Shown piece by piece: positions 40,501 to 54,696 of a stretch of DNA of 64,000 nt. The position numbers were made by a program, and so were the translations under genes. The notes under the pieces were generated by a model, which was not told where the DNA came from, made no database searches, and worked only from the letters and a program-made list of their open reading frames with translations. How positions within the stretch are numbered: position 1 is the first letter of the stretch; each line of letters opens with the position of its first letter. This DNA comes from Lingula anatina (lineage: Eukaryota > Animalia > Brachiopoda): the NCBI GenBank assembly GCA_051362555.1, contig CM120646.1, positions 18,538,001-18,602,000 of the forward strand, in the 5' to 3' direction.

Positions 40501-43500
40501 CAAGTGTTTAAATATCTAGTTTGTGCATAATGAGTCGATTAGATGAAAAGTGGGGATAAAGTCAGTTTTACAATTTTTCTGCTCGCACTATAAAGAAGGA
40601 TTTTATTGTTCGTTTAAAACAATTACATTTGTCTTTGTTTTATATGAGTGGAAGTAGTTAATCATCAAGTAATTTCATATTTATTATTTGTTTTGTATGA
40701 TGAACGCGAATGGAAAAACAATCTATGAAATTCACGTGAAGTTACGCCTTTTTTCTCATTAATCTAATTGAAACATTCACTCTTTTTTGTAGCTCAGATG
40801 GACAGAAGAAAGAACCACAAGAAGTAATGAAGTAAGCGTTGTATTAGTTATTCCTCTTCAATGTCTCGGTGAACACAATATTATCAGTGTCTCAGCAAAC
40901 ACAATATCGTTTTGACCTTCACCTCAGCGTTTACCTGTACATTTGCATCCTTGTATGTAACAGTAAACGCTTCGATACTTTTCCAGTGACGTGAAAATGG
41001 AAAATGAACATAAAGCTGATATTTTCCAGTCTTTTTAATGACGTTTAAAATTGCACATAAAAGAAACGGAAATCATGTCCAAAATAGTTGCCTTGCTGTA
41101 ACCATTTAGCATTTCTTTATTTGGTTTACTTGCAGGCCGGGCTTCGCCAGGTTAAATCTTCCATATTTCTACGATGATGACACGATCGATTTCGTTTTGG
41201 AGGCCGTGAATCAAGTGGCTTCCAAAGGATGGAGAATTATGCCATTGGTAAGTTCAACGTCGGCTCAGAATGAGGTCAAACATTCACCCGATATCCTAAA
41301 ATCAAATTTTTTTAGTAAATTTATATTCACTTTAATTTTACACGCACACAATTTGCTGTGCAGTTTCAGAAAGGATTTGTACTTGGCAATACATTTAAAA
41401 ACCAACCCAATTAACTAATTGGCATGTTAATGATACAGAATCGGAAGCGCGCATGACACCATTGAAAATATTATTATTTGTATAATTACAACCTTAGAAC
41501 TCCTTGTGTCATAACTACAACAGATTACTTGTAATATTTAGTACCAGTTCGATTCGAAAACCGGCACGTGGAAACACCGGCTGCACCAGTACAACATGCA
41601 GAGCCTGTACGACATTGAGTACGTCATGGCGGGTTTAAAGGTCCACAAGACGCCGAATTCCTCACGCGGCTCGCCAATGAGAGCAACGAAAGAACATTAT
41701 AAGGTTTGTGTTATTTTTATCTTTTTTGTCTGAAGGAGATACACATATAGCTAAAATTCATTTTCATATATTAATACTGACGCTCTTGAATATTTTGCTC
41801 CCTTTCTCCCCTCCCATATAAAAGTTTTCTTATTTAGGAATTCTGAATTACTGGACTATGATAAATACAAAATATTATCAATTTCAAACATAAAACAATG
41901 TAACGGTAGCAATATATGTCTCAGAAATATAAATTAATTTAATAAAATTCCACTGCGCTGTTTTTACTTTATAATATGTTTGTAGTGTTTTTTATTGTTT
42001 GTTTGGTAATTTTTAGTTATATATTTCGTTACTAGGAAATCTTAAAGAAAGCGGACAAGCTGTATTCCAATGCAACCCGTTTATGCGGCGTGAGTACTAC
42101 TGTTTTCTAACATCGTATCGGTTTTAATATTGATTAGAAAAAATACAAAATTTTAAATACGAGTGTAAGGAACTTGCATATATGAAGATCCTCAATTTTC
42201 CCGTTTGATTTTTCTTTTCCATCACATATATATTGCTTTGTATTTTACCATAGGAAGCTTATATTTGTTTATAATATCTTAATTGTAGGTAATCAGATGC
42301 GAAACCGATCCTGACGTTCAGCTTGGTGCTGGTGAGAAACACCTGGTCTGGTTTCTGGAACCGAAACTAGCCAAGAAATTGCTTATGAAGATGGACAAAG
42401 GTGGGTTTCGAGTACCGCACCTCACTATGGCAAAAATACATTAACATTGTGTAGGCCTACAACAATTTTATTTCGTTTGAAATATATTCATCAGTAAGAA
42501 ACATGGATTTTTATAAAAAAAATTTTCGTTACACAAATGAGGCAAAATAGTGCTTAAAATGTATACCGTATTTCATTTTAGTGAACGATATCGATGGTTT
42601 TTGCAGACGCTTAATATGTTTTTCAGATCTCCACGTTAAAACAGTTGATGCTATGGCGGAGAACCTCCCGTTCTTTCCTAAGAGCTACTCCATGGACAAC
42701 TTGCTGGATATAGACTGTAAGTACACAAGCGTAATAACCTTACTTACAGGAACAAGAACGGCGTAGAATAAAAATGCGAAAAGGAGATATGTTTTTTTTT
42801 TATCAATACCTTTACAGAAGTATAAATAACGTATTCTTTGGAGATAAATTTGCAAAAAAAATAGACAATTCTATTTAAGAATTATTCGGGCTTCCGTTTA
42901 TGCAGGAGTCGATGTTACCGGGAAAGGGGCTTACATTAGTCACAATTATTCACGATCACAAAACGTCAAACATTGGTATATTTGTTGTTAAAGACTTAAG
43001 TCCAGAAAATATATAAATGAGTCTTATTAGTCAGATACAATAAAGACACTATAATATCTTTTATACTAAACGTAAAGGGAAACAGAAAAACTCTTACAAA
43101 AAAAGCTTCCCAACAGGTTTAAGGTTTCTATCAAATCTAGTTAACTTTAGTGAAATATCTCCAAAGTCAAAACTGTTATTGAATACACGTGAATTGACAC
43201 ATGTATGGGGGGGGGGGGGGGGCACTTCCATAGACTCAAGTTTACCTCAAATGTATAAACATTTAATTTTGTGCAACCTTTGCACAGCTCTTACCGGAAA
43301 ATTTAAACCATCTTTCCCAGTTGGTTTTCTTATCTAAACTTTCTATGATAAGTCAGCCTCCTTCGCCTTGTGTTACTCTCTTAATTTGGTCCCCATTTTT
43401 TCCGTTTCATTAGCGAAATTACCCTTTCTAGAATAGGGTAGGTATGACTACACAAATGTGAAACTTCATGTTTGATGTATATTCGCCTTTTCACTTGAGA

Positions 43501-45642
43501 GTCACCTAGAATACCAACCATTTGTGCAAACATTTTCTCTTTCCAAATGCATGTATTTCTTTAAATCGATCGTTTTGCCGTGTTGTGGTTTTAATGACAC
43601 ACATTTACACCACAAGACACATGACATTTTGCAGAAGATGTTGGTACAGTCATTTGTGACTTTATTTCACTCACTGCTGTACTGGCGGTTTTTAATGTTA
43701 CAGCCCTTTCCCTATCTGTGGCTGAAGTAAGTCCTTCTTACACCCCATTCTCATAGATTAGATCGACCTACATTGGATCGACCTAACTCCCTGGGGGTTC
43801 ACGCTAAATAGCTGTCAGCCGGGCGGACACGAAAGTTAATTACCCCTTAAAGCTTGTAGTAGGCGGGGACGGACACTTAAGGGGGATTATCTGACAGTAA
43901 TCTAGTGAGACTCCCCGCGGTGATAGATCGATCTAAAAGTTGTGAGAACAGAGCCTTAAAGGTCAGTAGGGACTTTATCCCCCCCCCCCTCCTTTCCTTC
44001 CCTCACTCTGCACGCGCCTCCGAAGGTAAACGCGAGGCCTTAGGAAAACGCCATATTTTACCACCTTGAGCTTTCAGGCTACGCTCACGTACCCGCACTT
44101 GAATCAGCAAATCACAATTCTGATGAGCAGCACACACACACCCCTCCCCCCACAAGCTTTAACCGTTTCTGTGTGTGAAAACTAAAAGATTTCTCCTTGA
44201 AAATCGTTCTTTCTTTCACTCTGTTCAAATTGGTAATCGTCACCACCTATCAGTAGTCCTTAACTAAATCTGTTTTAGCTTTCGAGAGTGATTAGTATAA
44301 GCAAGAGAAATTAGTAACGTCAGCTACACCATGTTGAAGAGGTCTCTTCTTTGGCCTCTTTACTTGTACAGCAAATTAGATGTGTTGTCCCAATGGACCC
44401 GAGATTTAATGAATGTACCCCCACAGGGACGACGCGTGGGGAGACGTGTGAGAGGCGGAGAGACTATTAAATGATTAGGCGGTTTTTCTTTCATGTACGT
44501 CCGCCATATTTAGTTCGTGACTTTGTAGATCCATGGCTCAACTCGATGTGAATGCGGTCTAAGTCTGGATATTTGTATAATCAACCCGGGGAGGGAAAGG
44601 GACATTTTTCGAGAAACTCCAAGGTTTACTGGAAAGTTGTTGGAACTGGAATGGGCTCTTCGCTGTTCACAGTCCTCACTCGCGGCACGAAATGTTCACG
44701 GTCACAATATATCAGACTGAAATTCCACTTGTTGAAATTAAGTGCTTTATTCAAGAAAAAGTGAACGTATGATTTCTAAAGCGCACTCTCGTATCCCCAT
44801 GGTTCACCCCTCCTGTAGAACTCGATACTAAAGGAAGATACACAGTACCTTTCAAGAAATCCTCTAACACAATCATAGAAAAAGGAATTGATTAACTTTT
44901 TTCAAATGTAATGTCAAATCAGGACAAATTAGTAAATGAAAAAATTGTTTGTAAACTTAGTTTTATTAAATTAAGGCATTAAATTGTCCTCCCTTCCAAC
45001 TAAGCATACAGACATACAATGAATTAAGATACAAAAATGAACACGTCATGATATATAACATGCATAACATGAAAAACCTAACATTTTGTGCTTTTCATTT
45101 CAGCTGGCAGTGTTGAATCACTTGACGAAGCCTCTGGCACCGACAGTGGAGTTGAATCTAATGATTTCACCGATGATGACGTCATAGGTTCTCCGCTAAA
45201 ATACGGAAGTTTGTCTCGCAGTGGTAAACCAGTTACAGACAAAAAGGCGAAACGTCTTTTACCACCAATGAGCAACTTACCACCACAAAATCGGGTCCAC
45301 TACGCCAGGAAACTTCCAACTTATACCGCTGAGAGTTCTGGGGCTGGATATCTTTCTCGGCATCTTCTGAACAGAGCAAAGTTTCACGGTTCCTATGGCG
45401 ACCTCTCACGCACAGGGCATCCTGGGATGTATCATTCCAATGAGAGTGTACATATGCTAGGTGGCGCCACAAAACACCCATCAAGTAATGGAAAGGCTGT
45501 GAAATTACCAGCATTGAAGGGGTCAAAAGAAAAAGTGGATAAAGTTAAAAAGGATAAAAAACGACCGATGCCCATGACAACCCGGGACCTGGCGTACGAG
45601 GCTTACAGAACACAATGGCTCGTCTTGAACCAAAAGCAATAA
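32840..45642 (+). CDS. Class-V PLP-dependent enzyme (cysteine desulfurase/selenocysteine lyase-like) with long C-terminal tail, paralogue A
   Basis: 18 frame-consistent exons: 32840-32942, 33592-33622, 34549-34665, 34918-35053, 35291-35422, 35755-35896, 36214-36253, 36522-36580, 39302-39486, 39848-40099, 40369-40430, 40793-40831, 41136-41247, 41542-41703, 42036-42089, 42289-42400, 42627-42716, 45104-45642 (2367 nt). Motifs: YCDYTASG, YGNTHT, GSGTTGA, EHHSN, SNVTG, WDYAAG, SPHKFVGG (PLP lysine), EEGGTP, RGGCACAGPY. The first coding exon is upstream and uncertain. Confidence 0.92.
33541..33587. repeat. (TTA)n microsatellite forming the acceptor tract of a 31-nt exon
   Basis: TTA run directly before ttcag|tcacgtac. 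Confidence 0.9.
33683..33944. mobile_element. Foldback/MITE-like long inverted repeat in an intron
   Basis: caactccgcggg...gctgaatgcaatcaaattaacggattgacacgcctcctc pairs with gaggagacgtgttagtctgttaatctgattgcattcagc...cctgcggagttg. Confidence 0.65.
43741..43955 (-). mobile_element. MITE of about 215 bp, copy 2 (inverted relative to 30914-31129)
   Basis: Reverse complement of copy 1 (shared core gggggttcacgctaaatagctgtcagccgggcggacacgaaagttaattacccc); flanked by tta/ttaa. Confidence 0.75.
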
Positions 45643-46604
45643 ATCAAATTATTGATGAACTTCAAAGTGGAAATATATTCTTCCAAAACATTTGATTCAG
45701 GTATCCTTGTATTTTATTTTTTAATGTAGAACATTTATAATTTATTACCAAGATTAAATTTCTGGTGAGTGTGTCAAGGAATGTGTGTATATTACAATGA
45801 ACCATAAAGTCCTCGATTTGAAATCGTTGAAAATTTCTTTTATAAGTATGATGCATTTTTAACCATGTGTGCGTCCAGCACTGCGCCATTGTGAACCCGA
45901 ACATCTGTGATATGAAAATATTCCATGATAATTATTTACCTCAAAGGCCTTTCATATAGTTTATCATAATTTGGGTGATACTTTGCATTCATCTTATATA
46001 TTTTAATCAGATTTTTAGACTTTGGATAGCTTCCCGCCATGTTGGTCTGAGCCTTTCGCAGGTCGAGTGCTCAGAATGTTTTACGATTTTTTTTACATTC
46101 AGCAGCTGGAATAAGTGGGAAAACTATGCGTACATATTTAAAATTTTTAATTAGATTGTGCTTTGGTGTGGGTTTATTTTAATATTTATGTAATTTCTGT
46201 TGTAAATAAAACATTTTATTTTTTATTACTTATTGTCGTTATTTTCCACATACATTGTATGAGTGATTTCTCTTTTGTCATCTCATATTGATTTTCACAA
46301 TTTTTATCTTCAAAATCGAACTATACTGCACAAATCTAATCACCCTTGGTATCTTCAGACATGATCATGCACATGCACACATCACAAAAGTTTGTTTTTC
46401 CCTGATGGGGAAAAAGCATATCATGATTTGATTTACGTCAGCAGCCAGCAATTTCGAAGGGGCTCTTTTTCTAAAAAAGTGGACCTCCCCCTCTTAATTG
46501 GCCCAATTAGAAAACTTTGGCATGTCTAGAACCTGGGTCATATTTTGATTCAAATAATGGTGGTTCTTTGGACCCCCAACCTCCCTCCTCTCCGCGCCTA
46601 GGCA

Positions 46605-47814
46605 ATTTGACCCACAAGAGGGTGGCCTGGCCTACATGTACCTTTGGTCAGGTGTGAGTTTCAAGGAATGGTACACTTGGTTTGTGCATGGACTGGCAGC
46701 CGTAGACCCATGATGCGTGACACATGCACCTGTATCTAACATGATGATATACTACCTAAGGTGACAAGTCAATGATCGTAACCATTTACACATGTAAACT
46801 GTCCTCTTTGTTGACAAATGTGACGAGCAGTGACTTTTTTCTTATTCTGTTGGTTTTCTTCTGTTAATTTTTTACCAAAAATGTTAATAATTACTGAAAT
46901 TAAGCTCAAGTGATCATTCCGAGTCTCAGCCATAATTCATATCTTTAATAAACATGACTCTGTCATTTTCAGTTAGTTTTGAATATTTTCATGCAAAACT
47001 AAACTTGGGCACACCACTTACAGTATGTGCAATACATGTAAGTACAACATTTCAGTGAGCATCATAAGGACAAACATCATGTCGGAAATCTTTTCAGGAC
47101 AATTTCCCTTTAAACTGATGGGGTGGCATTTCACCTGAGCTTGGCCTTGTGATTAAATCATCACTTCACGGTTTCGTGCACAGAAATCGAGATAATAGCC
47201 TCGGTTATAATGATGTCCGAAAACATTTGACCCACAAGAGGGTGGCCTGGCCTACCGTTGGTCAGGTGTGAGTTTCAAGGAATGAAACACTTGGTTTGTG
47301 CATGGACTGGCAGCCGTAAATCCATGACGCGTGACACTGGCACCTGTATCTAACATGATGATACACTACCCAAGGTGACAAGTCAATGATTGTAACCATT
47401 TACAAGTGTAAACTGTCCTCTTTGTTGACAAAAATGACGAGCAATGACTTTTTTCTCTTTCTTGGGGGTTTTATCTGTTAACTTTGCGCTTTCCTTTACC
47501 GTCGAAATGTGAATTATTACATAAGTTAAGCTCAAATGATCACTCCCAGTCTCAACCATAATACATATACATAATCAACATGACACTGTCATTTTCAGTT
47601 ACTTTTGAATATTTTAATACAAATATCATTTATGTGCAATGAGCACAACATTTCAGTGAGCACCATAAAGACAAACATCATGTCGGAAATCTTTTCCCTT
47701 TAAACTGACGGGGTGGCATTTCACCTGAGCTTGGCCCTGTAATTAAATCATCACTACACGGTTTCGTAGACAGAAATCGAGATAATAGCCCAATTTATAA
47801 TGATGTCCGAAAAC
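46605..47814. repeat. Direct tandem duplication, two diverged copies of about 600 bp
   Basis: atttgacccacaagagggtggcctggcctac begins at 46605 and 47225; both copies are colinear and end in tgatgtccgaaaac. Confidence 0.9.
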
Positions 47815-48181
47815 ACCTTGGATCTCTGCAAGATTCGTTGCACCCGATTTTATTAAAGATAAGGTTAAATGTGGAACTTGAAGAGGAAGTCTGGGGCAAT
47901 TAAGACCCCCTCCTCCGCTAGTCCTTGCGTCACGCGTCCCTTCACTATCGCCTGGTTGAATATGCAACGATTGCTCTTGCAGAAGTACGGTGTTTCCGTC
48001 AAATTTGGCACTTATATGTGTCCGGGAACGTATATTATTTGTGGAACCAAATTTCGGGGAACATTTTTTGCCAGAAAGCCTCAAATTGGCATATAGCTTC
48101 ATCCCGTAGAGAGTCCTATTGGAAATACACATTCTGTGACTTTAGAGGAAAAAGGGTTAGCCAGGAAAATTGGACGTCAGT

Positions 48182-51100
48182 ATGGGGCAGGTCGGCCTGA
48201 GTACGATGCCCGGAAAGGCAAGTTTACCATTGTTATACTCTTATTAACTGATGAGAATTTTAAATAATTAAAATAACCATGTCATGTTATAAGACTGGTA
48301 GTGATGTAAATTAATTGTATTGAAAATTTGCACAATAACAATTTTTAATTTTTTCCCTTTCATATGTATATATTTGTAAACATATGTAAATCATGCCAAT
48401 ATAATAAATGATTGAAAGCTAGCACAGGAGGAGGTAGCCAATATAATTTCAAAGAAAAATCTATTTTATAACAAGTATTTGAACATTCGTATCTTAGCTG
48501 TATCAGTTGATATTAAAATACTGTGTATATGTATCAAAACATACAGCTATAATTATCACAATGTATGTTCTTTTGTTTATTCATATATTTATACATTTAA
48601 ATCTTAACAATTATTCCAGGCTGGCCATTCTGACAAGAAAGGAGAGGCTCTATTGAATTACGTACGGGAAAACGTCATCGGCAGCGAGGTAGCTTTTGAC
48701 GGTCCATTTGGATCTCGACCAGGTAAGCATAATAGATTGATATATCCCCCTTCATATAATAGTAATTGACACTCTCTGCTTATATAGGAAAAGCCACACA
48801 CACAAGTTCTTCCATTTTCGTCCGCATCATTTATGAGATTCATTGATATAATTTTCTGGACACTCGAAAATTCGATTATCGATGTCAAATGCTTTCACGA
48901 CAAGCTGTGCGAGACCTGCATCAAGATTTTGGAATATGTTGTTCAAATACCATTCACAATGATAAATGCGTGGTTTTTCAGTTATTCATTTTAAGTTAAA
49001 ATTTTATTAAAACTGAGAACCCGCGCTTTTGGTGTTCACAAACGGAGCGAAATGGGAGTGGGACCAAATTTAGTATGTAGATAATTTCCGTCCGACGCGT
49101 TGAAGATGAAAGGATAAAATATAACGGGAAATATCACCAAAAGTATCTCCAAAGCAGCTCCCGTTGAATACTTACGTCAGACTCATAATTACTCGGCTTC
49201 ACGTGATTTCTATCAATGACGTCACAAATAGAATTGCCTTATGGTCTTCCTTTTCATAAACCGGCAGTTAACACTCTCGGAATACCTGTACATTCTACCC
49301 AACCTAAACTTGTGACAGAGGCATCTGTAATTTCTGTACAATTTTCGTTTTTCAGGAGTAAAGAAAAAATAATGAAATTTTCTAAAGGAAGTGATAGCGA
49401 AAATCACACATCTTTAATGAAGCCCGAAAACTTCAATTTACTGTATAAGTGACTGTTGTAGGCCTTGATAGCTATTTCTACGTCGGATGTGTCCTTCCTT
49501 AAAGCACGTTGATCTACCAATTTTCCATATTATAGTGATATTACTTCACAAAGATATAAATAAATGAAAAGAAAATGACAAATACATGTGGCACCCACTG
49601 ATTTATATTTTTTCTGCTTTTAGTCACCTACTGTGATTATACAGCGTCGGGTCGGTGAGTATGGGGTAATCTTTCTCAATATGATTACGGGATGGGTAAA
49701 CTGTCTTTACGCACGGCATAAGAAATGCATGTATTGTTTATTTATTTGTTACCTTTTTTCGCCGTATATCATGGCGGTAAGGGTATGTTTTGATGTGTAA
49801 GGTATGATACTCTCTTCTACGGATATATTATCAGTTGGATTTTTGGGTTCAACGGCATAAAGGCACTGGTACCAGTAGACTACTTGCATATTTTAACTCA
49901 ATATTATACAGCATATGTTTAATTTTTTTAAAAACCTGTTCTTTAGGATACGGAATAAGCTGTCGTAAAGCATTTGTGTAGCAATGTTTACCATTTTACA
50001 CAATATTATGATCAATTCTAACATACTGTATTATTCTTATTATTATTTTTTGAGGAGTCACAAGTAACCCAATATTATTTCTTTTGTCTTCTTATAGATC
50101 TCACTTTCAGAAATGCGCACAAAATTTAACTCATGTTCAGAGTAATCAGGGTAATAATCGCTATTTTCTACAGGCCGCTACAGTTTATCGAAGATTACAT
50201 CACAGACTATGTCTATCCGACCTACGGGAACACACACACCACTACCTCTATCGTCTCCTTGCAAACTACCAAGTTTAGAAATAGCGCACGGTAAGTTGAT
50301 GCGTCGCGCTCGTGTGTGAATTAATATTCTTGCACGGAAACACAATGAAGTGCGTAAGCACGCGCAGTCACACACGTTCGTGCATAAAAAGACACACTCA
50401 CACGCATACATACATACACGCGTGATAAACACAGAAAACACTTTTTTCAAAGCATTCATATAGAAGATATGGTTTATTTTGTCTGTTTTCTATACGCTAA
50501 GTCTCACGTTTCATTTGTACTAAGACGTACCTGATATTTCATATATCGAATCTAGCTGCCCTGCGTCTAGCTACCGATGTCGCTACCCTGAATTAACACG
50601 AACTTCGAATAGTTTAAGGTTATTTTGCATATTTTTCCCTGAAGGGACATCATAAAGAAATGTGTCAACGCCTCCCAGGATGACGTGGTGATATTTGTCG
50701 GAAGTGGCACGACGGGTGCAGTGCATAAACTTCTCAATGTGTTAGGACTACAAACGGACCTCTACGATGAGACTAATACGGTATGACATTTCTGATAATA
50801 TATTTCTTTTCTCTGTTGGCGTTTTCCCACTTGGCTTTATGTATATTACACATCATACATGCGTGTTCTTTTATTTTCTATTAGATCAATTTATATTATC
50901 CTTAAAACTTGTATATGTTATTATTTGAATGAATACGATCACCTCACCTGGAGTTTCAGAAATGGCTGAGAACTCACCGCCATATTATCAGTGTTCCCCT
51001 CCCGTTAGAGTTCAGGCTATTATTGGTCTGATTGTACAGTGTTGCCAGTATAAAGGATATATTCCGAACATTTAATACGCAAGTAATGCCGATTTTCCTC

Positions 51101-54100
51101 CCTTTTTAGGTGGTTTTCGTTGGCCCGTACGAGCATCATTCCAACATATTACCTTGGAAGGAGAACGGGTTGAAGGTAGAAAGAATAAGGGAAGACAAAG
51201 ACGGCCTGTTTGATGTGGATTACCTGACAAAGTTACTGAAGGTGTGTGGACACTGAAGCCGATATATACCGATTAGAAACTCGTTGAGTGTAGAAATAAT
51301 TCCTTTCAAGGCTTTATATTCTAAAATGAAGTTCACAGCTACGATCTGCAGGACATAGGAGGAAACGCGTGTAAAGAATCGAATTGAATGATAAAAGTGC
51401 ATACCAATAATTCATACATTATTTTATCATACTGCTTATATTTTTAATCGCCCAATATCATTCATTATTATTTCCTTTATTTTTGTTTTTTAATGTATTA
51501 TAAGAAAGTGTTTTCTTTCCCTGTCTTTTTAATCTATAGTATTTTTTTCCAGGAATACAAAGCCAAGCAATACACAATTATAGGGGCTTTCTCTGCATCC
51601 AGCAATGTGACAGGAATTTTGACCGACACTGTGGCCGTGGCAGAGAAGTTACACGAGTACGGCGCCTTGTCGTTCTGGGATTACGCCGCAGGAGGTACGT
51701 TCTCTCCTCTCTCTCTCTCTCTCCCTCTCTCTCCCTGTATTCGTTTGTTCATCCTTCTAGACACAAAATATATAAAAACAGAATCATACAAAGAAAAAAA
51801 AAAACAATGGAAAATAAAAAAAGAAGTTCATTCTTGTATCTCTCCTATTTTAGCTCCATACCTGAAGATAGACATGAACCCCACCTCAACAGGGTAAGAC
51901 CAATTTATTCATTGCAGAGTCTGTATAAATCTCTATTATTAATAGTTACATACATACAATTATTAACCTTTATATAGGAAAAATGTATGAATGAAATGTG
52001 TATATTATAGAGCGTTACATCTGGATATCCCACATATGCCCTTAAGATATAAGTGAATCATTGTTGCGAAATACTTCTTAGTCTGGGAGACGATGATGAT
52101 CCCGTAGCTCTTAGCTGTAGTTTAACTTGCACCGTGGTTTAAATAGTTACATTTTTTATTTTGCAGTTACAAGGACGCCGTGTTTTGCTCCCCACACAAA
52201 TTCATAGGTGGCGTTGGGACACCGGGTAAGAACAGCATATGTTTTATTTATCCTGTGTTGATTTTTTTAAAATTCGAATTTAAGACCATCTTATGGTGTT
52301 GCACCTATAACTGTTTGTTTTATCAAACTTCGATTGAACTATTAGTCATCACAATGTTATTTTGAAACCTAATTGAAGTAGCGGGTTTTCCTGATAGTTT
52401 GCTTTTTTAAATTTCATAGGAAGGCCGACATTAAAAGAGACATTGAAACTATACCTTCTGAATCGATGTATATACACTTTGCTTATTCAATTTATATATT
52501 CATATTTCCAGCCTAACCAAAGCACCATAAAAACAAACAAAAAAAATTGTAAATATAATGCACACTTCGGCAATTTTCGACGATTTTCAAAATTTGAAAG
52601 AAAGTCACAATATTTCTGTTACAGGTCTGCTGATCGCCAAGAAATGGCTGTTTACAAATCGCGTCCCTCACAACTGTGGCGGGGGCACGGTGTCATACGT
52701 GACGCGAGAGACGCACACATATCTCAACGACATCGAGGAAAGGGAAGAAGGCGGGACGCCGGCCATCGTGGAATCCATCAGATGTGGGATGGTCTTTCAG
52801 CTGAAAAATGTAAGTGAACTAATTCAGCTATCCTCCACCTTTATGTGCCTTGGATGAATATTCTGATAACTTTATACATGTAGCCTACATCCACATAAAT
52901 CAAGCCACCAGTAAGACTTTTTTAAAACTATACATTTGTTATCCAATTTGAGATTTATTCTGCTCCATTTCTTCAGGCTATCGGCGCTGACCTCATTGAA
53001 CGAAAAGAGGCTGAACTCTGTAAAATGGCATACAGAGTATGGAGCAAAAACCCGAACATTTTGCTCCTTGGAAACAAGAGCGTACCGCGCGTTCCAATCC
53101 TCTCATTCCTGGTTTTGAATCCAGAGAGCGGAAAGTTTCTTCATCACAACTTCGTCTCCATGCTTCTGAATGACTTGTATGGGATTCAGACAAGAGGGGG
53201 ATGCGCATGCGCTGGACCCTATGCGCAGGTATAGTACCGTAGGGCTTATGAAAAAATGCATTTTTAGTTTAATTTTGTATAGGTGTTGTCTTTGATTCAT
53301 TGTGTTCCTTTTTGTGTCAATGTTAGCCCGATGCGCCGATTTTTTTTTTTTTTTTTCAATATCAGGAACAGTCTGTAAAAGTTGAACATAGGAAATGTGT
53401 GTCGGAGTTCGCGTAGTACTTAGATAATGTACTAGATATGTGACAAAAAAGTTTTAAGTGAAAACGTCAACGCGTCAAGTCAAATAGCATGAGATAATGA
53501 CAAGATATTATTCGACATCCTAACCATCGGACATAACAGTGTATAGCTTTACCTAGGCGCATCAAACCTGCCAACTTCGCTCGGTGTTTCAATTTGCTTG
53601 TTTTCTTTGCCTCGATAGATACTAAATGAACCATTGTATAGACTTCATACATACTAACCTTATTGTAACCTTTTTCAAAGGATCTTCTAGAAATGGATGA
53701 AGAAATGGCACAACGGTTTGCTGTATTTTTTGCGGAGAGAGGGTTAGTATATTTTTCTGTTTTCGCTTTACGTAATGAAATAGCTTTATAAATGATAACG
53801 TTTACTTTTTTTGTGCTTAGATGCGTTCATTCGTATTCAGTTATGATGCAGGGAGTTTGATTATCAATTTTCCTCCTCTTTTCCAGCAAAAATGGCGAAA
53901 TAACAGAACCACAAGAAATAATGAAGTAAGAACTGAAAACGTCTATTAGTTGTGACCTATTTTTATATTTAAAATGTATTGAAGTTAACTTCTTGCTTAT
54001 AATGATCCTCAAGAATAACTTAATATTATATTAAATCTCGAACTTTCCTTACAACACATCAGTAAGCTGTAAGTGTTTTACTGATCCAGCGAAATATAAG

Positions 54101-54636
54101 GAATCATTTTGATTTGCTACTTTTGCAGGCCTGGATTTGCCAGACTAAACCTACCCTATTTTTTCGAAGACTACACAGTGAAGTTCGTGCTGGAGGCCGT
54201 TAACCAAGTGGCCAGACATGGATGGAAACTCCTACCACTGGTGAGTTCAAGGTCAAGGCCATATTATATAGGTCAAGGTCAAATACCGCGTGAAATAATG
54301 AAAATTGGATCAAATAAATTCGTTATAAGCGGGTAGCAAAAACATATATAGAGACGACACTGGCGGCATATTCGACAATAGGTTTTGAAAAGGTGGCGGG
54401 GTTCATATTGGAATATAATTCAGTGTTTTGTCCTATACTTATTGTCATGATGTTATATCGCAGTACCATCTGGATGTGAAGTCGGGGACCTGCAAGCACA
54501 GATTGCACACTTATAGTATGCAGAGCCTATTCGATATTGAATACAAAATGACGGGAATGGAGGTTAAGTCTGATGGTATTACACGAAATATGTGCGTCAC
54601 CAAGGAGGAGCTGAAGGTAACCATTAACGGTGCCCA

Positions 54637-54696
<60 letters not shown>

